Of a DNA stretch of 64,000 bases, positions 12,701 through 24,700 are shown piece by piece. The first letter of the stretch is position 1. Each line of letters starts with the position of its first letter. Origin of the DNA: Antedon mediterranea (lineage: Eukaryota > Animalia > Echinodermata). Position numbers and translations under genes: made by a program. The stretch lies in NCBI RefSeq assembly GCF_964355755.1, contig NC_092678.1:11468352-11532351 (forward strand), in the 5' to 3' direction. Below the pieces are notes generated by a model. It saw only the letters and a list, made by a program, of their open reading frames with translations, ran no database searches and was not told the DNA's origin.

Positions 12701-15700
12701 ATATAGTCAAATTGACTGCCAGCCAATGGGTTTTTGGTTGGATTTTACCATTTTTTGTCATTTTATGTGAGAAAACGTAATTTTTATTTTTATTTTTTTT
12801 TAACGGAAGGGATTAAAATTATTATTATTAAAACTAAAAAATAACCTATTTAAAGTCTGACTTAGTTAATCTTCATTTTTCAAGTTTTTGGGGGACAATA
12901 CATCTTTAATGCATTTAGTTGATGAAACTATCCTGTATGTAATTTGCATCACATCATAGTAAAAATTGTTCATGGCCATTCCTGCCCTCGCATAATATTG
13001 TGAAAACTGGTTTATGTTGATTTGAAATTGAATGTTTGTAATTGTTTCTGTAGGAATTATTGGCTGGTGGTGTTACTGCTATTGTCTCTTCTTTTTTCTC
13101 CTGTTATCCACCTGGTACATCATTGTCTCGAAGTCTAATCCAGGAATCATCAGGTGGAAAAACACAGGTGCGATTCATATTGTATACTACTAAAATAGGG
13201 CCATGTATTGTAAGGCCTGTATAACAGCACCATGTTTAGGGCCATGTAAGGCATGTATAACAGCACCATGTTTAGGACTATGTAAGGCCTGTATACTGCA
13301 CCATATTTGGGGCCATGTAAGGGCTGTATAACTGCTCCATGTTTAGGGCCATGTAAGGCCTGTATAACTGCACCATGTTTAGGGCCATGCAAGGCCTGTA
13401 TAACTGCACCATGTTTAGGGCCATGCAAGGCCTGTATAACTGCACCATGTTTAGGGCCATGTATTATAAGGCCTATATAAACAGCATCATGTTTATTTGA
13501 CTCCTTTTTGACTATCTATTTCCTGAATGAGGAAATGATAGAGTATTTTGTTTATTTTATTGAGGTACATTGTAGTAGAAATCCATCATATATGTGTTTC
13601 ACAACATGTTACAATCAACGAACAACAGCAATTAAATCTGCATAGTGGAATATGCTCCATGGTTCTAAACTGTAGGCCTAAACTGTAGGCCAATTGTGTA
13701 CAAAACATTTGTGTGCACTTTAAAGAAACCAATACATCTTTTAAGACAACTCTTCATGGAGAATCATGTAGTTAAAAAGTGTCCAACAATTTATTTTGAA
13801 TTGCACTATTCAAGAATCCAAAATTACAATGTTGTTTTTTTTTTAGCTTGCAGGGATTATCTCGGCCATCCTTATTCTAATTGTTCTAGTGGCAATAGGA
13901 CCCTTCTTTGAAAGTTTACCAAATGTACGTATTGTATTGTTCATCTATTTACATCACAACCATTTCATAAAATAAACTTATAATTATAGGAAATTAATTT
14001 TTTTTAAATGAATTTTGGAATATTCATCTTTATGCATCATGATAATAATTCATATGAACAAAATATCTTATATATATAAGTTTGAACAATACCATGAAAG
14101 CCCCAGTGGTCTAATGGTTAGGACAACTGCATATCAACCAGGCGGTCCGAGTTCGAGTCTCGGTTGGGGCGACTTTTTCTTATTCTCACAGATTTCCTCA
14201 TCTTCATCGTTTCAAATTAATTAATTAAATTTCAGTATATCACCGGGCGGTTTAGAATTAATGTTCTTTGCCTGATGTGTTTATAAGTATATAGTAATAG
14301 TATGTAAAGGGTGATTGGTTTAGGCATCCTCATATACAGTATGGTCATTGGACTGAGGAAATGGCAATTCTTCAGTTATGGGTCCTGTTGAATTTTTTCC
14401 AGATTAGCATGTTTAGCAAGTGTTCTACAAGTTTTAACATGTAGTGTTTCCTATATTTTTTAGTAATCAAAATCTATAATTCTTAAAGCTCAGGTACAGG
14501 AATGAATTTTAAATATAATATTTGGTTAATTGTACATAAATCAAATATTTGTAACAGAAATCAAGACGAAAAAACATGAATTTCCCTTAAAGCTCAGGTA
14601 CAGGCATGAATTTTAAATATAATATTTGGTTAATTGTACATAAATCAAATATTTGTAACAGAAATCGAGACGAAAAAACATGACGAATTTCCCTTAATAT
14701 GGTCAAATACAAAATTTGGCAAAATTCTTTCATAAAAACCAGGAAGACTTTTTTTCAGTAGTTAGGTAGTTAACCTAATGTAATAACATGTCTGGAGTCT
14801 CTTCTTGCCCATATATTTCATCCTTCCACTAAGTTTTATGGAAATCGTTCATTTTCTTCGGCATCCGTTTCTCTATGGAATGCGTTGCCTATTGAAATCC
14901 GTCAGGCTACTTCCACCAGTGTCTTCAAATCTCTCCTCAAAACCCACCTTTTTAATTTGTAATTTTCTAAATTTTTCTGTCTTTGTAAAGCGCATTGAAG
15001 CTTTCAGCATAATGCGCTATATCAAGTACCAGTTATTATTATTATTATTGTTTTCATGTTTTACAAATAATATACCACTAAACACAGTAAAACATTGCGA
15101 TGTAATACTTTGTTGAAACTATCACCGTCCTAGTCGATTGAAATAGTACAGTACATGTAACGATACATCACTACGACGTGTATATGTTTATATAATGTAA
15201 AAAAATTTGTAAAAACCACCTCTATTCGGGGAAAATCATGAATTCGATTTAATCGTCAATAAATATTAAATTATCTAACTCAACTTAATTAGTAGGCCTA
15301 ATGGTTTTCAATTGTTTCATACTTCAGTTGGTTCCTACCCTACCCACCAAAGTTGTTCTGCGTTTAGGGCATGTGATGTACCGTAGGCCCATCTTCTACT
15401 GGTTTTACAACGCTACTCATGCCAGTGAGGGAAGGGTGATGATGTGGGTGGTTTAACTGCAATAATAAAGATTTATACATAATGTACGGCGAGTGAAAAC
15501 GCTAGCTCTTTATCCGTTTAAAAAAAATTTATATCCAACCTCTGCAGCACAGATTGGAAAAAAAAATGGATCGAATTTCTGTTATGAGTATACAGTACTT
15601 GCCTTTACGACGCCTGAGGGAATAGACAATTGTGGAACAGAGATTTGAATGTTCCATTCATTGCAAATCAATACATTTGTATAAACGTATATTAAATCTA

Positions 15701-18700
15701 TCAAAATAGTATTTTTTAAAGAAAATCGGCCTGTCTTCAACATTATGATGCTGTACTCGAGCTGTTCAACCGGTTTTCAGCCATTAAAAACAATTATCGT
15801 AGGAGGAGATAGGAAAATGCGAAGCATCCTCGTATTATCGTCTGCGGGTATTTTTTAAGACGGACATCCATTAGACAGTGTATACCACGATCGAAAAACA
15901 CCCCTATTTGGGGCAAATCGTTGAACCTAAATTCGTTTTAATCGTCAATAACTAATTATCGAACTCAATTTAATTAGTAAACAGGGTTACATCAGGCGGT
16001 TAAAATCAGTACCGAAAGTACGAACCAACTTTATATACCATCGAGTAAACATTCTAGAAATAACGCGCGATTTACCGAATTTTTATATTTATATATAGAT
16101 ATGGCCAAATACATTTATATATATAAAAACCATAAAGACCTTTTTTCAGTAGTTAGGTAGTTAACCTAATGTAATAACATGTCTTGTGACTCCCTAGAAG
16201 GTGAAAAAAGATGGTGGATATACGGTGGATAATTTTTGCTATAGCATGAAAATAAAAATTTGAAGTTGAATAAAAATTCCAGAAATGTAATATTCAAGTT
16301 ATATTACCTATACTTAGTCATCTGATAAAATTTTTTACCACACTGTTTATTTTTCGTAGCTTTTTAAAATGCCTCTCTATTGTTGTGTACAAAAGAATAG
16401 AGATTTTACTGTGTAATTTGAACTATCCCCCCACTGATAAGAAAGTGCTTATTTTCAACAAGCTCGTGTAACACAAATAAAATCCCAAAAATTATGAAAC
16501 ATAGGGCAAACTATAGATCGATAATTATTGGAATGTATGATCAATAGAAATTTTTTGCCCGCACCTGGCCTTTAAAATAGAGTACTAAATTAACATTTAA
16601 TTAATGCTATAGTAATTCAACATTTAATTAGCATGTTGAATCAGATTAAATAATTCAGATGATTATCCTGTATATTATTATCAAGATTATTACAAACATG
16701 ACAAAGTGTCATACCTCAAGATTTTAATAACCTTGCGACAGACCAATATACATTTCTGAAAAAACCTGTTTGGTATAGCTATTTTCAAAATAACTTTAAA
16801 ATTGTAGACATTATGATGCCAACAAACAACAAACAAAGAAATATACAGTGAATCGAATCACTATAAAATAAGTCTGTAACCCACATAATCTCAGTTTGTA
16901 AATAATCATAAATTAAATATATCATAATATATGTTAAACTGTATGATGTCAAAACAATATTTAATTGGCAGCACACACTTTTGTATACATCAGACACTGC
17001 AGAGTAGTTAATTTCATATTATTTAAAATTTGTATTTCTTAAATGATATCTTTTGTTGCAGTGTTGCCTAGCAGCTATTGTTGTTGTAGCACTAAGAGGA
17101 ATGTTTCGTCAATTTCTTGATCTTAGAACTTTATGGCAAGTTTCAACAATTGACTTTGTAAGTTCTGAACATTTCATTTTTAACATGTTTCAGTGCAAAA
17201 AAAAAATATGTGGTGGTTTTTTTTCACCATACATATTCATTCATTTCTACCTTATATAAACACATTTGTAACAAATACATCAGTGTGAAACAATCTAAAT
17301 TTTAAGGTTTGGAAAGGTTCTTTAACTCAGTTTTTGGCTTCACTTTATTTGTCCATAAAGTTTTCCTTCTTTCATTCAACAGTCTCTTGTTATAATTATG
17401 TCTGTGTCTGTCATTCATGAAATACAATGTTAAATAGGAGCAAATATTACCATTAGTTTTTTGTTGAACTTGCTCTTATAAATACAGGGGATTTGGACTG
17501 TGACATTCCTTGCAGTAGTACTTCTTGGTGTTGATTTAGGTCTTGGTGCTGGAGTGGCCTTTGCACTCATTACAGTAGTATTCAGAACACAACGTCCATA
17601 CTGTACAAAACTTGGTCGCATTCCTCACACAGATATTTATAGAGACGTTTACAATTATAAAGATGTAAGTATTAAATAGTTTTAATTTGTAGAAGATCCA
17701 CGTATTTTAGAGTACATTAACATGTCTTAAGCTATTCATAACCCTATTAATTCATGACAAATAACTTTTTTAATTATTTTTAAAATTTTTAATAATGTTA
17801 ACACATTTCCAGTTATTGCTAATTTTTTCGTAACATTCTTTTTCAATAGGCTAAAGAAATTCCAGGAGTTGTAATCTTCCGTTGTTCATCTTCACTTTAT
17901 TATGCAAATACAGAATACTTCAGAGACTCGGTGTATGCCATATCTGGTATTAAACCACGTAATGTTCTCTCCTCAAGGGCAAAAGCAATAAGAAAAGAAG
18001 AGAAAGCTATTCAAAAGAACACAAAATTAAGAAAACGAAAAACAAAATATTCCACTGTAAGTAATATACTTGCGACAAAGGGCATTTAATTTTAAATTGT
18101 TTCTTTAATTTTACTTAAGTCTGTTTCTTTAGATACTGTTTTGGGGGTCAAGCTTGTTTTATGACTAATAAATTTTCAAGTTTAAACCACTGAAAAACTG
18201 AAAAGAAACAAAATAATAATAATAATAAACTTTATTGTTTGCTGTAGGTTACAAATGAAGAAGTTAGAGAAGATATTCCGACGGAGGAAACTGCAATAAA
18301 TGAAGATAACAGCTTAGCAACTTCAAGTTTATCAAGTGAAGAAAGTTTGAAATATCATACAATTATAATACATTGCGGTACTTTCAACTTCATTGACCTT
18401 ATGGGTGTCAACACACTTCGGGATATTATAGCAGATTATGAAAAGATTAATATAAAAGTTGTTTTGGCCAATTGTAAAGGTAAAACTGACTGTTTATATA
18501 ATATAATTATGGTTTCTATATTTATGTTAGTTTTGTATCAATCCAAGCCCAAACTGTCCTTGCGCCTCCACTCTCATCAAATTTCTGGTCACCTTATAGA
18601 ATTTGTAAAGGCATTTCTTAAATGTTTACTTTATACACAATAGACACGTTTCTCGCTTGCGACCAATCAGAAATAGTGGGTATAGATTTGTAAACAAACC

Positions 18701-21700
18701 GAACACCTCTCGCCTAGTGCGTGTTGAAGCATAGCGAAATGGCGACTGCCGAGTGCTTTTGTTGCAAGGTGCCTCATAAATGTTGTATATGTTGGATAAA
18801 TCGTGAATTTAACTACACAAAATCACTGAATAATATTCCTGTTTTTAATTTTCAAACACTTGCTGAGTGGTTTGCGTCGGCTCCGAAGGATAGTGGCGCA
18901 AAATCTTGGAAATTTTTCAAGGAAAGGTACGTCCATGATGTGCTTGTGTCTCTCCGCCCGCCCGGTGGCGTTGCCTGATGCGTACTTCGTCTACTAGGCC
19001 TAGGAGGCGTGGGTGTCTGTTTAAGAGTGCTTGTCACCAAAAATCAGACATATTCGTAATTTAGTGGCAAGGGTCAAAATTTCGAATTGGCTCATATTTT
19101 GCACATTGGTAGACCTTGATGTAAGTAAACCTGATGTGTAGTTTGTTTGGTAAAATATCGCTTAGTTTTCGAGAAAATCGAAAAATAACGATTTTCGGCC
19201 AATTTTGTTAATTTTTGGTGTATAATTTACATTAAGTTTAACAGCCTCTGGAAGCCAAATTTTGCAACGTAGCGTTTTAATATTTTACACTTACGTTAAC
19301 TAGCATCTTGACAATAATTTAGTAAAGTTTCAAAAAATTTAATGAAATTCTAATATTTTTACTAATTAATTACTAATTAGCATATATAAAACTCTTAAAA
19401 AGTAGGGTAAAAACAAACGCGTTTTTTTTCATGTGCGACGAATTTTTTTTAAATAAAAAAATCGTCAATCTACTGTTTAGATACTAATATTTATGAATCA
19501 AGTAAAAAAAATTTGGGGAAACTATTTTCCGCTCCGCGCCAGAGCCACAAAGTTGTAAGAAATTCAAAGATTTTATCTGTCGGCAAGATCAATCAGATGT
19601 ACCTATTGTTCTCTATTTACAGATTTAAGGTAAATTTTACTACGAGAAACAAACTTTAAAGGTAAACTGAAAGGTCCTGAATAATTTGGAATTACATTTT
19701 AATATAAAAACATCTAAAAATAAATTTCTAGTCAAATTTAAATGACTGACCCATGAAATTAAGCAATTACTATCTGAGCTCAATATTATAACTCGCTTAG
19801 CTTCATCACCTGTTATATTTTCCACTAGGTGAATTTATTCTTATTATTATTATAATATAATAATAATAATATTATTATTTTTTGCACTATACACGCGCAT
19901 GCGCAGTTTATTTTTATCAACAAAGTGTTCCCTTTGACGTGCGCGTATACGCGAAAATGTTTGATTTGCGCGAATAATTTCGCCTAGTGGAAAACAGGCT
20001 ATATAACATAATGTTCTTATCTTCTCATATAGGGAGTATTCGCACAAGCATGTTAACGCTATTTTCCAAGCTCCGCCCACTTTGTAAACAACTTGCTGTG
20101 CATGCGCAAGCATTACGAAAAACTTTAGTTACGTGCGTCGAGAACCTTATTTTTAAAAAATAGCGTAAATGAAAACGTTAACCAAAACAGGATTAAATAT
20201 GCCTGGCTAGGCTTAGTCTCTATTAAAACCCATGATTTGTTTTAATACGTGTGGCGTATGTTGCGTGCGCTACACATGCGTTGCGTTCTACACTTCCCGT
20301 CGAAGCGCGAAATCAAAACGAGCAAGTACGTTAACGCAAATGTTCACTGAACTCTGTTGTTATGCAAATGAGTAGAATGGTGACATCCGATAACGTTCAT
20401 GTGCTCGTGCGAAATTTCCTAATAATTCGTAGCCTAAACAATAAATTGTTTGTCAACTTGTAAACCATTGTTTCATCCCTTCGCTTTATTAAAAATTTAC
20501 AGAATCGTCCCACATATTAAATTGTTATTTTAAAGAATTCTTACAGACATAGTTTTACCTTATTTTTTACCTTATGAGTGAGTGAGTGGCCGAGCGGTTA
20601 AGACAGTGGAACCGTAATTAAGTAGCCATAACATCGGCAAGGGTTCGAGGCTCACTCGCTCCATGGTTCTGGTGGTAGAACGAGACTTCTCGGATAAGGA
20701 CTATAAACCGTAGGTCCAGTGTACACATAGCTCATGCGCACTTTAAAGAACCTAGTACATCTTTCGAGACGAGTAGGGGGTTACCCCGGTGTACTAGTCC
20801 ACACAAACACAGCCACTGTCACACACAGCCACTGTGCAAATTGGGACTGGGCAGTTTTAGAGGTGTTTACCACCTGTTGGTCCAGATCCTTCACTAACTG
20901 AGTTAGAGAGAAGTCGAATAAATAAATAAAAAACCTTCATTGCTACATGGAAACCATCTTTCCCAGCAAATCAATGTATTGCTTCTTGCGCTTTATGGTT
21001 ATATTATCTGTGTTATCAAGTTCAAGAGAAGTACACATTTCTTGCAACATTGGCAAAGAAAATGTAGAGAGTTTTTCTTGAGCTTTCAGTTCACAAATAT
21101 TATGCTTTCAAACATTATTGGATGCTGCAAGCCTATTGTGTCCAGTACGGTTTGCGACAAAAGTTGAATTTCTCTTTTCCGTTTTTGAATCGTCTCCATT
21201 TTCTTCGACTTCGTCACCATCTTCATTACTATCATAATCATCATCTTCGTCATCATCATCATCATGAACGGCTGCATCTGTCCTCCTTTTTTTAGCCAAG
21301 TGTGAGAAAAAACTTGCAATCTGCTGTTAAAAATTCAGTCTTGCTACTAAATAGATGTGAACCATCGCTGTGCCTGGCCGATCTCATCTCTCGTGAGACA
21401 TCACATGGATCAGCTTTCTGTCCCGTCTGCTCTCCAGCGTCAAAAACATCAATAAGGTAGGTTTTCTGTGGTACAGAAAATCGGGTTTTTTTTTGCAGAG
21501 GACTTTAACGCCCAGCCCATTTGCAGTTTGGGGCCAATGTCAAACCGTGGCAAATCGTTGGTTCTTGTTGGTTCTGGATTTTTAGAAGTACCCTCTTCTA
21601 GTTGTGTTGATTAATTTCATTGCCCTGTCATAAAGTGTTTCATGTTCTAGTGGGTTCTTGTGATTTTCATAATCTAAGTGTTTCTCTAGGTAAGAGTACC

Positions 21701-24700
21701 TATGATATGACCTAATGCAACCTTGTTCGCGACAAAAAACAGTTTGCTGAGGGTGCCAGGACTTTCTTCTCTTTCTATTTGTTCGTCGTCATTTATATCA
21801 GCTTGTTCTTCATGAGATGTCTTGGCTTGTATTCTTGCTTTTACTGCAATAGATGATACTTGATTTATTTTAATCAGACGTTGTATCTTGGTTATGAATT
21901 AAATTGGGTAGCTTCGAAGGCACACAGAATTTACTCAAAAGTAGATTTTGTCCTGCACCACCAACACCATACGCCATCCACACCTTCATGGACCTGCTTC
22001 CATACTCTATGTTGTTGATTTGACTCACGCCTTTATTTCCATTTCCCTGCTGCACAAATAGTACCACTCACTATCGATGCCCGTAAACCTAAACATGTAT
22101 CTGTGTGCAGCGATTTCCTTCTGGCATGCTTGTAAAGGTAGGACTTCAGTGCTCTGTTTGCGGTCTTTTCTATCGAATCCACAAGCTCCGCCGACAACCG
22201 ATTTAAAAGAACATGAAATCTCCATTTTGTTTGAACTTAAAGCCATCAGACAATAATTATATATAAGAATTATTTTCAACACGTCTTTACATTGTAAGAC
22301 ATAAACTAAAATGGATAACAAATCTGTTCCGTTGTCAACGTCAATGAAGATCGTTATCTATCGAATATACGCAGTAAAGTGTTTTGTCTACTGTGGCTAA
22401 TGTTTTGAAACATTCTCGTTGAGTAAGTTCGACCAGGTTCGACAAACAGGAAAACGATAACAAGTTAAAACAAATTTATTTTTCAGTTTTATCCTATAAA
22501 CTATGAGAGGATAGAATAATTTATAATAATGTGGTTTGACAAAGAATAAGCGAGTGATTTTTAGTTAATTGCTTAATTTCGTATATTGGTTAGTAATTGA
22601 AATGTTACCAGAAACGTATTTTTAGTTTGTGTTTAAATTGCAACTTAATTCAAAATTTATCTTTCAAGTTTGTTTCTCGTAATAAAAGTTTGGCTTAATT
22701 CGACTTAGATTGCTAAATAGAGAACAATAGGTACATCTGATTGATCTTGCCGACAGATAAAATCTTTGAATTTCTTATAACTTTGTGGCTCTGGCGCGGA
22801 GCGCAAAATAGTTTCCCCAATTTTTTTTTACTTGATTCATAAATATTAGTATCTAAACTTTAGATTGATGACTTTTTTATTTTACAAAAATTCGTCGCAC
22901 ATGAAAAAAAAAAACCGTTTGTTTTTACCCTACTTTTTAAGAGTTTTATATGCTAATTAGTAATTAATTAGTCAAAATCTTAAAATTTCATCAAATTTTT
23001 TTAAACTTTACTAAATTATTGTCAAGATGCTAGTTAACGTAAGTGTAAAATATTAAAATGCTAGGTTGCTACGTTTGGCTTCCAGAGGCTGTTAAACTTA
23101 ATGTAAATTATACACCAAAAATTAACAAAATTGGCCGAAAATCGTTATTTTTCGATTTTCTCGAAAACTAAGCGATATTTTACCAAACAATCTACACATC
23201 AGGTTTACTTACATCAAGGTCTACCAATGTGCAAAATATGAGCCAATTCGAAATTTTGACCCTTGCCACCTAATGTTTGATTTTTAGTGACTGGCTCTCT
23301 TAAGAAGAACATCACATAATACATGGAAGATGCAATAGGAGCATGAAGAAGAATGAAAGATAATAATTAATATATTTACGCAACATTTGTAAATAAAATC
23401 AACAGTTAACATGTATTAAATGCACCGTAATATATATGTGTCAAACCAAAAATGACAATACATAAATAAAGTCGATGATTCCGAACCAAATGCCCAAATA
23501 ATTCTACAGTGAATATAAAACATAAGTTTAGAAAATAAATAACATCCTTACCATGCCATTCCATCAAAAGGCTAGTTTTGACGATTGCTTTTTAAGATGA
23601 TCATCTCTCAGTTCTCCCATGCTTTAACATACCTCTCGCTGTGTTTGTTTACCATTGTATACCCACTAAAAGGTCAAACTGACGGTGACCTCGCGAGCGC
23701 GAAACGTGTCTATTGTGTGATGGATGAATCCTTTGTACATTAATTCATTTATTAAGTTTTAGTGGTCTTTTTCATATAATTAGTACACAAACCACCATAC
23801 TATTGTGTGTACTGTATGAAGACATATTTGCATAGTGTTCACTTTTTAATTTCCTGTTAGTCAAATTTGTTTAGCTTCATTTCTACATTGGCAATCATAT
23901 ACAGTACTCTGTAATAATTGTTTACACGCTGTGCTGCTGTCTGGTGATTTAATAGCTTTGTTATCATTTTATACAGCTGCAATTAGGATGATGTTGCAAC
24001 GGTGTGGTTTCTTTGATACTGTTGGTCATGATCATCTTTATGTCACTATTCATGATGCCCTTATACACTCAATCTCAGGTGATCTACTTGATGTGGTAAG
24101 TCAATGCCCTTATACACTCAATCTCAGGTGATCTACTTGATGTGGTAAGTCAATGCCCTTATACACTCAATCTCAGGTCATGATCATCTTTATGTCACTA
24201 TTCATGATGCCCTTATACACTCAATCTCGGGTGATCTACTTGATGTGGTAAGTCAATTCATCTCAAATAGTATGTACTTTTAGCCATTAGTCTTTACTAC
24301 TTAACCCCTCTCAAGTGATAAGTTTACTTCCCTCGTAGTCGTCTTCACTGGTAGTAGATGATTAGGCTTGAGGGAAAGGCGAGGAATATTGCTTATAAGC
24401 CTCTCTCAGTTACCATGTCTTATTATTCAAACGGTGTGAATTTTAATAGGTGGTCAAACCAAGCCTCCTTGTGATTTTGAGAACTAGCATAATCCAAAAG
24501 ATCATTCCACAAAAGTACAACTCAAAACGAAAAAAGAATTCCTTCTCAAATTTATCCTTGCACGATGACTTTCCAAAAACAATTCCATCAAAATTAGGCT
24601 CTTCAGATTGTGATGATGTTAATAATGCATGGTGATAATTATGATATTAATGATGTTAATAATGATGATGATATTGATAATGATAATGATAATGATAGTT

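Larger units (their letters stand above)
18642..23711. mobile_element. ISL2EU-like (Harbinger-related) DNA transposon remnant hosting the Sola3 element
   Basis: TIR AGACACGTTTC(T/G)CGCT; 2-bp AT duplication in a palindromic empty site ACACAATTGTGT; coding remnant [14 protein letters not shown] at about 18900-18945. The family name is an inference. Confidence 0.6.

Noticed and set aside
21108-21299. Acidic D/E-rich ORF as an independent gene
   Set aside because: It is the C-terminal tail of the decayed Sola3-like transposase
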